64,000 nt of DNA from Candidatus Yanofskybacteria bacterium CG10_big_fil_rev_8_21_14_0_10_46_23 (GCA_002771135.1 PCXO01000005.1:38061-102060), one strand, 5' to 3'. Shown: positions 49,675-59,388, counted from the stretch's first letter. Numbers and translations are program-made. The notes: generated by a model not told the origin, from the sequence alone.

Positions 49675-49782
49675 CTTATTCTCCTTTCAAAAAATAAACT
49701 ACCAAGATTTAACTATTAAAGTTCTAAAAATAATTTTTGTCAAACGTTCCCTCTCTCTTTTAAAAACCAAAACGTCTAATTT

Positions 49783-49858
49783 TGGAGCCGATGGTCGGAT
49801 TCGAACCGACGACCTCTACTTTACGAAAGTATTGCTCTACCAACTGAGCTACATCGGC
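49783..49858 (-). tRNA. tRNA-Thr(CGT)
   Basis: GCCGATGTAGCTCAGTTGGTAGAGC...loop TTCGTAA...GGTTCGAATCC...TCCA. Confidence 0.93.
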
Positions 49859-49890
49859 ACCATCTCGCTTTGATTAAGATCAAAGCTTCC

Positions 49891-49964
49891 TCCTTCGCCG
49901 GAGGCTTCGGAGGACAAGTCGGAAATAAGATAACCTTGCTTGTCATGCGAAGCCTCGGGCGAAG
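49891..49964. repeat. CTTCG..GGCTTCGG inverted-repeat pair (empty derivative of the GIY-YIG element)
   Basis: TCCTTCGCCGGAGGCTTCGGA (49891-49911) ... ATAACCTTGCT ... CGAAGCCTCGGGCGAAG (49948-49964); matches 18341-18371. Confidence 0.55.
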
Positions 49965-50094
49965 TCTGACCCGCCGAAGCTTGGGGATTAGTTCAATCGG
50001 AGGTGGGAGCTACCTCGGCCCTTTTTCGATCTTACCACATAAAATCTGATTTTCTTTTTAAACAATGGCTATTATGAGTATTTTTTCCCATAGG

Positions 50095-50340
50095 TTAAAT
50101 TGTCCGTAAGATTTGTTTGAGCTTTCTTCGCCCACCTCCATTTTTCCAGTATAGTTCTCTTTTTCTTGCCTCTATTGATGTATTAAACTCTTCAGAAAAC
50201 AATAGATCTAATGGGCGCCTGAATTTAGTAGATTTTACTTGTCCCGAATTATGTTTCTTTAACCTCTCCTCCAGATTATTTGTATAGCCGACATAAGTTT
50301 TGTTATCCTTATTGCTTTTTAGGATATAAATATAAAACAC
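50095..50340 (-). CDS. Small GIY-YIG nuclease family protein
   Basis: FYIYILKS..TYVGYT.NLEERLKKHNSG..ST; EARKRE. Confidence 0.9.
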   Translation of the reverse strand: MFYIYILKSNKDNKTYVGYTNNLEERLKKHNSGQVKSTKFRRPLDLLFSEEFNTSIEARKRELYWKNGGGRRKLKQILRTI

Positions 50341-50548
50341 TAATCTGTTGAGAGCGGGTCGCCCGTTTGGGGCGGACCTCGCTCAAAATTTGGAACAAAT
50401 TTTGAGCGGGTGAAGGGAATCGGTCACGAATAATCTTTCACTTCCGTTCAAGATTTTCTCGACCCCAGCTCGCTTGTTCCACCCTTTGACGGAACATCGC
50501 TCCGCTTTTCGATTCCTTTAACAACCAATAAATTGGTTGTTAACCCGG

Positions 50549-50619
50549 AGCGGGTGAAGGGAATCGAACCCTCATCACTAGCTTGGAAGGCTAGAGCTCT
50601 GCCATTAAGCTACACCCGC
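50549..50619 (-). tRNA. tRNA-Gly(TCC)
   Basis: GCGGGTGTAGCTTAATGG...CTAGC-CTTCCAA-GCTAG...GGTTCGATTCC. Confidence 0.93.
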
Positions 50620-50808
50620 CTGCGCCCCATAAAAATCTCGAGGCTTCGGCGAGGCAGGCCCGTTAATTTTGGGCCCGCCAAATAATATCTTGAAATTATG
50701 CTATGAAAACTTTTATTTATCAACAGTGGGGCGAGCAGAACTACCGATTTCTGACAACTTGCACCCGCGCCTGGTGGCGCGAGTACTGCGCTCCCCTTCG
50801 GTCGCTTG

Positions 50809-50881
50809 TATCCCGGGCAGGACTCGAACCTGCAACCGACAGCTTAGAAGGCTGTTGCTCTTCCGATTGAGCTACCGGGAC
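50809..50881 (-). tRNA. tRNA-Arg(TCT)
   Basis: GTCCCGGTAGCTCAATCGG...ACAGC-CTTCTAA-GCTGT...GGTTCGAGTCC. Confidence 0.93.
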
Positions 50882-51098
50882 ATATATTTTTTGAATAACA
50901 TGACTCCCATTTAAAGTATATAAATTGTTAATAATCAAAACGCTTGCCCCCCGAATCCGCCGACTGGCGGAGAAGGGGGAAGCTACCGGGACATGTTCGG
51001 ATATTATACCACGAAAGACATTGCCGGTAAATGGAAAGCGTGGTAAAATAATTTAGATTTAGTTATACTAAATTCCGCTTAAATTTAAATAGTTCCCT

Positions 51099-51172
51099 CG
51101 GGCTGTAGCGTAGCGGTTTAGCGCGCCTGCTTTGGGAGCAGGAGGTCGTCGGTTCGAATCCGACCAGCCCGA
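51099..51172 (+). tRNA. tRNA-Pro(TGG)
   Basis: CGGGCTG...CCTGC-TTTGGGA-GCAGG...GGTTCGAATCC...CAGCCCG. Confidence 0.93.
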
Positions 51173-51190
51173 CAGGTCGAAAATCAAAAT

Positions 51191-51266
51191 GGTGGTCGTA
51201 GCTCAATGGTAGAGCACCGCTCTGTGGCAGCGGTGGTTGTGGGTTCGAATCCCATCGATCACCCCA
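51191..51266 (+). tRNA. tRNA-His(GTG)
   Basis: G-1; CCGCT-CTGTGGC-AGCGG; encoded CCA. Confidence 0.93.
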
Positions 51267-51517
51267 TGAAGCCTGTAAACTTGAATAAAAAAAATATTAT
51301 CCGGATATTAATCACTTTAGTAGTTACGCTTTTTATTTTACCTAGAATTATGGTGACAGAACACTTCGCTTGCAGTGATTATTGCCCCGGGCCTGAGGAG
51401 CAATATCTTGTAAAAGTTTATCCTATAGTTTTTAATTCAGCCTGGTGTCGTTTAATTGGGGGTGATCCGGGCAGTTATAATGGTTGGGGTGAATTTAATA
51501 TTTGTCGAGTGAAGTAA
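51266..51517 (+). CDS. Small membrane-anchored Cys-containing hypothetical protein
   Basis: MKPVNLNKK, TM, CSDYCPG ... C ... C. Confidence 0.6.
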   Translation: MKPVNLNKKNIIRILITLVVTLFILPRIMVTEHFACSDYCPGPEEQYLVKVYPIVFNSAWCRLIGGDPGSYNGWGEFNICRVK

Positions 51518-51724
51518 TATTGCAGTTGCAACATCCCACACCAAGCAAACCCCCAGACAAAAATTTTTGCAAACAAAAATCCCAACCTCCTTTTGCCGAA
51601 AACATCTCTAAAAATTATAAAGAGAGAATCATCGAGAGCTTCTTTGACTCTTTTGGATAAAAGGGGTATTTTATTTTTGGAACTTTCAAACATTTAACAA
51701 CTTTTAGAGTGGGGGGATACGCAG

Positions 51725-52072
51725 ATGGAGAATAGATCCTCAGTTACAATGCACGGTGATGTGGCCGTCTTTCATCTGGACAAAAGAATAACTATTTCTG
51801 AAGGTGGATCGACTAAGTTCAAAAATAGAGTTCTGAACCTCTTGATAAATAAGAAGAAAAAAATCTTGCTCGATATGAGTAGGGTGGAATGTGTTGATTC
51901 CGGTGGAATTGGGGAGTTTGTACGGGCCTTTGTAACCACAACAAACAACGGTGGTCAGATTAAAATATATGCCATGTCTCGGGAGAAGGTTGACAGCCTT
52001 ACTTTTACAAAATTGGCGATGACTTTTGATACTTTTGAAGGCCTAGATGACGCCCTCGCGAGTTTAAACTAG
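51725..52072 (+). CDS. STAS-domain anti-sigma factor antagonist (orphan cassette)
   Basis: ILLDMSRVECVDSGGIG; TTGACT-17-TATTTT upstream; terminator 52106-52139. Confidence 0.85.
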   Translation: MENRSSVTMHGDVAVFHLDKRITISEGGSTKFKNRVLNLLINKKKKILLDMSRVECVDSGGIGEFVRAFVTTTNNGGQIKIYAMSREKVDSLTFTKLAMTFDTFEGLDDALASLN

Positions 52073-52167
52073 CCCCCCCCGACTTAGATCAGAATAATGA
52101 GTTGCAAGGCCGTTTGCGAAACGGCCTTTTTTATTTTTATTGAACCATTTGATAAAGTAGAAGAGAA

Positions 52168-52368
52168 ATGAAAATTGAGTTCAGTAAAAAACTTTGGGAC
52201 TTACCCAAGAAGATTCGCCAAAAGATAAGGAAGGAAGAACGCCTAGAGGCAATTCAGCGCTTAAAACGAATTCGGAAATTTCAGAAAATATTCTTTTGGC
52301 TAATCTCCACTATTATCGCCGGGGGCACCTTAATTGCTCTTTTGGCCGCCTTCGGCTATTATCACTAA
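52168..52368 (+). CDS. Small hypothetical membrane protein
   Basis: Basic N-terminus and C-terminal TM. Confidence 0.5.
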   Translation: MKIEFSKKLWDLPKKIRQKIRKEERLEAIQRLKRIRKFQKIFFWLISTIIAGGTLIALLAAFGYYH

Positions 52369-52419
52369 GTGGCATAAGTTTAAACCTCTGAAAGTTATCC
52401 GAGGCTAGGCCAAGAAAAT

Positions 52420-52791
52420 ATGGAAATTTTTAATATCTCGGCACAATTCAGCAGGTACGCCTTTCCTCTAATTCAATTAGGAGTTGGGATCATTTTTATT
52501 TATCACGGCTTACCCAAAATTATTAAGCTAGGCCAAACTAGCAAAATGATGCAAATGCCCTTAACGGCCGTACTAATCTTAGGTTTAGTCGAGACTCTCG
52601 GAGGAATCGGCCTAATCTTTGGGTCAACTTTCTTCATTCGTTTTTCCGCCCTTTTATTGGCCATTGTAATGATCGGCGCAATTTTCTTTAAAATTCGAAA
52701 ATTTAAGACCCCCTTCTCTAGCGGGCAAACTACCGGCTGGGAATTTGATTTCATCCTTTTGATCGCCAATATTGCCATTCTGATCAAATAA
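52420..52791 (+). CDS. DoxX-family membrane protein
   Basis: GIIFIYHGLPK, ETLGG, GWEF. Confidence 0.85.
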   Translation: MEIFNISAQFSRYAFPLIQLGVGIIFIYHGLPKIIKLGQTSKMMQMPLTAVLILGLVETLGGIGLIFGSTFFIRFSALLLAIVMIGAIFFKIRKFKTPFSSGQTTGWEFDFILLIANIAILIK

Positions 52792-52846
52792 AAAAGGCCC
52801 GTCTTTCTTTTTTGCAATAAAAAGACAATTTCTCTATACTGGCTTT

Positions 52847-54691
52847 GTGAAAAGTGCTCAAATTCGCCAGAAATTTCTCGACTTCTTCGAGGCAAAAGGC
52901 CACACCATCGTGCCCTCGTTTTCGCTTGTGCCGGACAATGACCCCACAACGTTATTTACCTCTTCGGGAATGCAACCCATGGTGCCCTATCTTCTGGGGC
53001 AAGAACACCCCCTTGGGAGGCGCATCGTTGATTCTCAGCGATGTTTCCGGGCAGTTGATATTGAGGAGGTAGGCGATAGTCGTCATACAACTTTCTTTGA
53101 AATGCTGGGGAATTGGTCTTTCGGTGACTATTTCAAAAAAGAACAACTGACTTGGTTGTACGAATTTTTGACTAAGGAATTACAGATCGATTCGGACAAA
53201 CTTTATGTTACGTGTTTTGGAGGCGATAATCAGTTTAAACTTCCTAAGGACACTGAATCTTACGCGATTTGGAAAGAATTAGGCGTCCCGGAAGAACGCA
53301 TCTCATTTTACGGAGGTGAAAAGAACTGGTGGAACAGGGGTAAAACCGGTCCGGCGACAACCCCGATCGGCGACCCCTGCGGTCCGGACAGCGAAGTATT
53401 CTACGAGTTTAGCGACATTGCGCATAATCCAAAATTTGGCGAGGAGTGTCATGTCAATTGTGATTGTGGCCGATACGTTGAAATTGCGAACAGCGTCTTC
53501 ATGGAATATTTGAAACAGGATGAAACAACGTTTGTTCCGCTCGCCCAAAAAAATGTCGATTTTGGAGGAGGATTAGAGCGTATCGCCATGGCTGTTAACA
53601 ACGAGGCTGATATTTTCAAGGCGGTTGAAGTATTGGAAGCAATTATCAAAGAGCTGGAACGGCTCGGGGCTAATGCTTCCGTAGACTATCTGGCCAATAA
53701 TTTTCCTTTACGAATTATTGCCGATCATATACGGGCGGCTGTCTTCATGATTCAAGATGGCATTGTGCCTTCGAACAAAGAGGCGGGATATGTTCTCCGA
53801 CGACTCATCCGACGTTCAGCGCTACAGTTACATCAATTGCAGATAAAGGATCTCGTTGTCTGGAAAAATCTGGTTGGAATTATCGCCGAACATTATGGCG
53901 ATCTCTATCCAGAGTTAATCTCAAATAGAAATGGCAACCTAGAAATACTTCTCGCGGAAGTCAACAAGTTCAATGAAACTCTGGAAAAGGGCTTGAAGGA
54001 AATCACCAAAGTAGAACAACTGGACGGAAAGCTCGCGTTCAAGCTCTACGAGACCTACGGCTTCCCATTTGAATTGACCGAGGAAATCGCCCGAGAGCGA
54101 GGACAAGCGGTTGAATACGGGGTTTTTAGGGCTGAATTTAAAAAACACCAGACACTTTCTCGCCAGAACTCAAAAAGTAAGTTCGGCGGACATGGTTTGA
54201 TTCTAGACACCGGCGAGCTGAAAGCCGGCGATGAGATCGAATTAAAGAAAGCAACGCGACTCCACACGGCAACTCATTTACTCCAAGCCAGCCTTCGAAA
54301 AGTATTGGGGGAGAACATCCAACAACGAGGCTCCGACATAAACGCGGACCGACTTCGGTTCGATTTTTCGTTTGAGCGTAAACTAACTGATGAAGAAAAG
54401 GAGCGCGTCGAGATGAATGTTAACCATTTTATAAAAGAAGGACTCAAAGTAACCAAACAAGAGATGAGCTATGACGAGGCCATAAAAAGCGGAGCCTTGG
54501 CCTTTTTTAAACAAAAATATCCCGAACGGGTGACGGTTTATACTATTGCAACCAACTCGGGAGAGATTATCTCCAAAGAGCTGTGCGGGGGGCCCCACAT
54601 TGACAACTCTTCGAAACTAGGTAGTTTTGAGATAAAGAAAGAAGAATCGGTGGGCGCGGGTGTCCGCCGGATCAAAGCTGTTTTACAATAA
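52847..54691 (+). CDS. alaS: Alanine--tRNA ligase (short form, no C-Ala domain)
   Basis: DPTTLFTSSGMQP, HTTFFEMLGNWSFGDYFK, HTATH, ELCGGPH. Confidence 0.96.
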   Translation: MKSAQIRQKFLDFFEAKGHTIVPSFSLVPDNDPTTLFTSSGMQPMVPYLLGQEHPLGRRIVDSQRCFRAVDIEEVGDSRHTTFFEMLGNWSFGDYFKKEQLTWLYEFLTKELQIDSDKLYVTCFGGDNQFKLPKDTESYAIWKELGVPEERISFYGGEKNWWNRGKTGPATTPIGDPCGPDSEVFYEFSDIAHNPKFGEECHVNCDCGRYVEIANSVFMEYLKQDETTFVPLAQKNVDFGGGLERIAMAVNNEADIFKAVEVLEAIIKELERLGANASVDYLANNFPLRIIADHIRAAVFMIQDGIVPSNKEAGYVLRRLIRRSALQLHQLQIKDLVVWKNLVGIIAEHYGDLYPELISNRNGNLEILLAEVNKFNETLEKGLKEITKVEQLDGKLAFKLYETYGFPFELTEEIARERGQAVEYGVFRAEFKKHQTLSRQNSKSKFGGHGLILDTGELKAGDEIELKKATRLHTATHLLQASLRKVLGENIQQRGSDINADRLRFDFSFERKLTDEEKERVEMNVNHFIKEGLKVTKQEMSYDEAIKSGALAFFKQKYPERVTVYTIATNSGEIISKELCGGPHIDNSSKLGSFEIKKEESVGAGVRRIKAVLQ

Positions 54692-54783
54692 AGAAAGGGA
54701 GTAGACGGCTTCGGCCGTTTTTTGTTTGGGGATAAGCTTTTGATTGGTTTTCAAGAGCCCATGCTATAATTTAAAGGTAAATT

Positions 54784-56670
54784 ATGGCCACCAAGATTAT
54801 CCACGTTCTAAAGAGTGATACCTTTGAAGAGGTAATGGCAGAACTAAAGGGCGCCGAGGCGGATGAAGTTATTTTTATATTCCCGAAATCAAGTAAATTT
54901 GAAGCCGAAGAGACTAATTTTGAAGAATTAAAATCGCTCGCTGACAAGAAGAAAAAAAATGTGACCATAATGGGCGGTCACCATCTAGAAACAGTCGCGA
55001 CTGAGTTCGGATTTCATTTTGTCCCCTCTCAAGTTAACGAAAAAACTGTCGAGTCAAAATCGGAGATAGAAGAGACCCTTGAGGCGATCGACGATGAGGT
55101 CGAAGAGCAACAGGAAGAAGACACCGAGGTTAGTTTTGAGGTTGAAAAGGAATTGGAGGAAGAATTTGGCGAAGATACACCTATTGAAGAAACTGACTTT
55201 GATGATCCGCAAAGTATCAGTGAGCCCGCGGTTATTGACTCGCCTGAAAATGAATCCGAGGCGGTTGCCCAATTGGCGGCTTCTCGGGCCGGGATGACCG
55301 ACATTATTCCGCCCAATCAGGGGGATCGGTCGCTAAAAATCAAGAAGGAGGGGGTAGCTAAAAGAGAGTCTGTCCCTCTAGCCGTGTTACCGCAACCGGG
55401 AGAAAAATACTCGCCGAAGGCGCTGATCGAAACTGAGCGCGACAAGATGTCAAAGGCATGGCTGGGACGGTTTTATAAAAAAAGCAACGGAGATGACAAT
55501 TTAAGATCAAAATCCAAAAAAGTCTCGCCCCCTAAAAAGAAACGGGGCATTCTATGGTTTGTTATCGGGGCCTTAATCGTTTTAGCTTTAATAATCTACA
55601 GCACCTTTGGCGAGGCCAAGGTTATCGTTACTCCCAAAACCCAACAACTTGATTTTCAAATCGATGCCAGCACCTCAAGTCGATTTAGCCGGGTGGACAC
55701 TTCTTTTAACACAATTCCCGGAGAATTCTTCAGTATTGAAAAATCGGGACAAGAGACAATCAAGGCAAGTGGTCAAAAAGAGGTTTCTCAAAAAGCCCGC
55801 GGGAAAATAACCGTATTTAACGAGTCGGGGACGGAGCCTCAAAGGCTGGTCGCGACGACTCGCTTTGAGACCACCGACGGCTTAATTTTTAGAACGCCCG
55901 AGGCGATAACCGTCCCCGGCGCAAAAGTTTCTGACGGGAAAATAGTTGAACCGGGGAAAATTGAGATCGAAGTAATCGCGGATCAGCCCGGAGAAAATTA
56001 TAACGTCGCTTCAGGCCGTCTGACCATTCCGGGATTCAAGGGGAGCGACAAATTCGATAAGTTCTATGCCACCCCAAATGGTTCCTTCTCGGGGGGGATT
56101 GTCGGTCTTGCCAACATCGTCACACAAAGTGATTTAGATAAAATTGAAACCACTCTTTCATCGAAATTAAAGAGTGAAGTTGCCCAAGCCGTCACCGGGC
56201 AATCCCGTGAACTAACGGTCATTGACTCTGTTGAGCCCGAGATAATTGAAAAAACATTCAGTCACAAAGTCGGAGAAGCAACCGATGAAGTTAGTCTCAC
56301 TTTAACTTTGCGAGTCGCCACAATTGCCTTTAGAGAAAACGACGCCATCGCCTTGGTTGATCAGTTTATTCAAAAAACCGGCGATCTTGAGCTGGTCAAA
56401 TCCGCCTTAAATATTGACTATCAAAATCCAAAAATTGACAAGGAGAATGAAACCCTGGACTTCACCATGAAGGTAACGGGGAGAGCCGGAGTCCGGATAG
56501 ATACCGAAATCCTCACTCAGAAATTAATCGGTTTAAGGGAAGCCGCGATCCGCGAAGTCATTAATCAAATCCAAGAGATTGAATCCGCTCGAATTATCTT
56601 GTCGCCTTTCTGGGTCAAGCGAATCCCCGAGGACCCCAATAAAGTAAAAGTAGAAATATCCTACGAATAA
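54784..56670 (+). CDS. CPR-type membrane protein with acidic region and baseplate-J-like domain
   Basis: KARGKITVFN, TRFETTDGLIFR, ADQPGENYN, PFWVKRIP. Confidence 0.65.
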   Translation: MATKIIHVLKSDTFEEVMAELKGAEADEVIFIFPKSSKFEAEETNFEELKSLADKKKKNVTIMGGHHLETVATEFGFHFVPSQVNEKTVESKSEIEETLEAIDDEVEEQQEEDTEVSFEVEKELEEEFGEDTPIEETDFDDPQSISEPAVIDSPENESEAVAQLAASRAGMTDIIPPNQGDRSLKIKKEGVAKRESVPLAVLPQPGEKYSPKALIETERDKMSKAWLGRFYKKSNGDDNLRSKSKKVSPPKKKRGILWFVIGALIVLALIIYSTFGEAKVIVTPKTQQLDFQIDASTSSRFSRVDTSFNTIPGEFFSIEKSGQETIKASGQKEVSQKARGKITVFNESGTEPQRLVATTRFETTDGLIFRTPEAITVPGAKVSDGKIVEPGKIEIEVIADQPGENYNVASGRLTIPGFKGSDKFDKFYATPNGSFSGGIVGLANIVTQSDLDKIETTLSSKLKSEVAQAVTGQSRELTVIDSVEPEIIEKTFSHKVGEATDEVSLTLTLRVATIAFRENDAIALVDQFIQKTGDLELVKSALNIDYQNPKIDKENETLDFTMKVTGRAGVRIDTEILTQKLIGLREAAIREVINQIQEIESARIILSPFWVKRIPEDPNKVKVEISYE

Positions 56671-56739
56671 CCCGATCTCCCAAAAAGATTGACGTCGGGC
56701 GCTTTAACTGCTAGGATACTTCGGTAATTATTTAATAAA

Positions 56740-56955
56740 TTGTCTGAGAAAAACAACAAGGAACGAGTCGAGGGGGTCGTTACAAAAACCCTGCCAGATA
56801 CAAAATTTATAGTCGAATTAGAGGGTGGCAAAGAAATCCTCGCGTACTTGTCCGGCAAGATGCGCCTCAACTATATCAAAGTTTTGACGGGGGATACGGT
56901 TCAACTAGAACTAAGTCCCGATCAGACAAAAGGGAGGATCGTTTATCGAAAATAA
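56740..56955 (+). CDS. infA: Translation initiation factor IF-1
   Basis: [20 protein letters not shown]. Confidence 0.95.
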   Translation: MSEKNNKERVEGVVTKTLPDTKFIVELEGGKEILAYLSGKMRLNYIKVLTGDTVQLELSPDQTKGRIVYRK

Positions 56956-57011
56956 CGATTTAATTGTGTTAACCACTTCTGACTATTCGGGTCGTCGTGG
57001 ATTTTTGTTTC

Positions 57012-57125
57012 ATGAAAGTACGGACTTCCGTTAAAAAGATGTGTAAGCAATGCAAAATCGTCCGCCGAAACGGGAAGGTTTACTGTATTTGTAAAAATCC
57101 GAAACATAAACAACGTCAAGGCTAA
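57012..57125 (+). CDS. rpmJ: 50S ribosomal protein L36 (not in ORF track)
   Basis: [37 protein letters not shown]. Confidence 0.96.
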   Translation: MKVRTSVKKMCKQCKIVRRNGKVYCICKNPKHKQRQG

Positions 57126-57133
57126 ATTAATTT

Positions 57134-57523
57134 ATGGCCGTAAGAATTTCCGGGGTTAATATCCCCGAAGAAAAAAGAATAGAGATTGCCCTGACTTATG
57201 TCTTTGGCATTGGCAATGTCACCAGCAATATAATACTGAAAACGGCCAAAATCGACCCCAATAAACGCACTAAAGATTTAACCGCCGATGAGGTCAGCGC
57301 GATCCAAGGGGTGATTGATAGAAATTATACGATTGAGGGAGACTTGCGACGGGAAATTACAAATAGTATAAAACGACTTCGCGATATCAATACTTGGCGC
57401 GGCTCCCGACACACGAAAAAATTACCCATTCATGGCCGAAGCAAAACCAATTCGCGAACCATTCGAGGTAACGTTCGTCGCTCCGCCGGTTCGGGTAGAA
57501 AACCGACCGCTCAGAAAACATAA
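57134..57523 (+). CDS. rpsM: 30S ribosomal protein S13
   Basis: [23 protein letters not shown]. Confidence 0.95.
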   Translation: MAVRISGVNIPEEKRIEIALTYVFGIGNVTSNIILKTAKIDPNKRTKDLTADEVSAIQGVIDRNYTIEGDLRREITNSIKRLRDINTWRGSRHTKKLPIHGRSKTNSRTIRGNVRRSAGSGRKPTAQKT

Positions 57524-57525
57524 TC

Positions 57526-57957
57526 ATGGGTAAAAAAAGAATTGTCACAAAAGAAGGAGGCTCCGTCTCAAAACAAAATGTTCGAGTCTCCAAAAAAGCC
57601 CGCAAGCGAAAAGTTACTCGCGGGATTGTTCATGTCTCGTCATCTTTTAATAACACCATCGTCTCTATCGCCGACCCAAATGGCGAAGTTTTTGCCTGGT
57701 CTTCGTCCGGCAATCTAGGTTTTCGGGGCGCTCGAAAATCAACCCCCTACGCGGCAACCCTCGTCGCCCAGAACGCTGCCGAGAAAGCAAAAGTTTCTGG
57801 ATTAATGGAGGTGGCCGTTCGAGTTCGCGGAGTTGGCCCCGGTCGAGAAGCCGCTATCCGGGGGTTGATTAGCGCCGGCTTAGAAGTTACGGAAATTAGC
57901 GACGAGACCCCTTTGCCCCACAACGGCGCCCGCCCCCGAAAGGCTCGCCGAGTTTAA
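57526..57957 (+). CDS. rpsK: 30S ribosomal protein S11
   Basis: [25 protein letters not shown]. Confidence 0.95.
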   Translation: MGKKRIVTKEGGSVSKQNVRVSKKARKRKVTRGIVHVSSSFNNTIVSIADPNGEVFAWSSSGNLGFRGARKSTPYAATLVAQNAAEKAKVSGLMEVAVRVRGVGPGREAAIRGLISAGLEVTEISDETPLPHNGARPRKARRV

Positions 57958-57972
57958 GATTTAATAAATATT

Positions 57973-58608
57973 ATGGCACGCTATCGAGGACCCAAAGAAA
58001 AATTAGAACGCCGAATCGGTGTGAAACTCTCCCTAAAAGGCGAGCGTTCTCTTTCGCCTAAAGCGGCAATGGTTCGCCGACCCTATCCTCCCGGAATGCA
58101 CGGGAACAAGCGCCTGCGAAGACTTTCTGAATATGGAACCCAGCTTAAGACAAAACAAAAAGTCCGGTACATTTATCGCCTCATGGAAAAGAAATTCCGA
58201 CGCTATGTTGATGAAGCCATGAAATCTCGATCGGAAACGGCTGAATTACTGGTAAGGTCTTTGGAACAACGGCTCGACAACATTATTTATCGATCCGGCA
58301 TCGCTCAGTCCCGAGATCAAGCTCGACAGATTGTAAACCACGGCCATATTTTAGTTAATGGGAAAAAGGTCTCAATTCCTTCCTACCAAGTAAAGAAAGG
58401 GGATATTATTTCTATTCGACCGGGGAGCCAGAAGACTAAGTTCTTTTCTACCTTAGTCCCTGATTGGATTGAAAAGATAAGTTGCCCGTCGTGGATGAAT
58501 GTCGATACAAAATCTCAAAAAGCAACGATCACCGGCGTTCCAAATTTAGAAGAAAGTGGATTAGAACAGAATGATTTAAAGACTATCGTTGAGTTCTATT
58601 CTCGATAG
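57973..58608 (+). CDS. rpsD: 30S ribosomal protein S4
   Basis: MARYRGP, PPGMHG, LEQRLDN, VEFYSR. Confidence 0.95.
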   Translation: MARYRGPKEKLERRIGVKLSLKGERSLSPKAAMVRRPYPPGMHGNKRLRRLSEYGTQLKTKQKVRYIYRLMEKKFRRYVDEAMKSRSETAELLVRSLEQRLDNIIYRSGIAQSRDQARQIVNHGHILVNGKKVSIPSYQVKKGDIISIRPGSQKTKFFSTLVPDWIEKISCPSWMNVDTKSQKATITGVPNLEESGLEQNDLKTIVEFYSR

Positions 58609-58630
58609 ACTCCGATAGCAAAAAATAATT

Positions 58631-59386
58631 ATGATCCAGCTACCAGAAAAATTTAAGAAAATCTCCGAAAGTGGCCATACGGCCAGTTTCGAAATTTCGC
58701 CCCTTTACCCGGGCTATGGCGTGACCATCGGAAACGCGATTCGTCGAGTTCTTTTGTCATCCCTAGATGGCTCGGCGATAACCTCCGTCAAAATTAAGGG
58801 CGTTGACCATGAATTTTCAAACTTGGCTGGATCAATGGAAGACGTTATCGAGATAATCATCAATCTAAAGCAAATTCGATTGAATTTATTTACGGAAGGA
58901 CCGATTACCCTCAAGGTTAAAGCTAAGGGAGAAAAGAAAGTCACCGCCAAAGATATCGAAACCACTGCCGATGTCGAGATCGCTAACCCGGACCAAATTA
59001 TTGCCACCCTTACCGACAAAAAAGCGGAATTAGATATGGAAATAACCGTTGAGCGGGGAGTGGGCTACGTCCCGGCAGAGTTACAGCAGAAAGAAAAATT
59101 GAGTGTTGGGGTCATTATGGTTGACGCAATTTTTTCTCCGGTCCAATTCGCTAATTTCAAAGTTGAAAATATTCGAGTCGGTGATCGGACCGATTACAAC
59201 AAACTGATGCTCGATATCCAGACAGACGGGACGATCTCTCCACAAGAAGCGCTTCAACGGGCAAGCTATCTTTTGATAAATGGATTTCAATCTATCGTAG
59301 GAGAAGAACTCAGCACCGCCAAAGTTGTCGAGGCGGAAGAAAAGCCGAAAAAGACCCCCAAAACAAAGAAGCCCGCGAAGAAATAA
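58631..59386 (+). CDS. rpoA: RNA polymerase alpha subunit (N-terminal domain only)
   Basis: PLYPGYGVTIGNAIRRVLLSS, HEFS, DAIFSPV, TDGTISP; 251 aa. Confidence 0.95.
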   Translation: MIQLPEKFKKISESGHTASFEISPLYPGYGVTIGNAIRRVLLSSLDGSAITSVKIKGVDHEFSNLAGSMEDVIEIIINLKQIRLNLFTEGPITLKVKAKGEKKVTAKDIETTADVEIANPDQIIATLTDKKAELDMEITVERGVGYVPAELQQKEKLSVGVIMVDAIFSPVQFANFKVENIRVGDRTDYNKLMLDIQTDGTISPQEALQRASYLLINGFQSIVGEELSTAKVVEAEEKPKKTPKTKKPAKK

Positions 59387-59388
59387 CC

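Noticed and set aside
49860-51000. CRISPR array or integron attC array
   Set aside because: The repeats are heterogeneous, irregularly spaced and partly tRNA-derived; there are no cas or intI genes in the window.
50669-51265. ORFs 50669-50914, 50741-50938 and the 5' extension of 51206-51517
   Set aside because: They overlap tRNA-Arg or tRNA-His and are spurious translations.
54784-56670. Prophage or contractile tail locus suggested by the baseplate-J-like domain
   Set aside because: Single gene between alaS and infA with no other phage genes.
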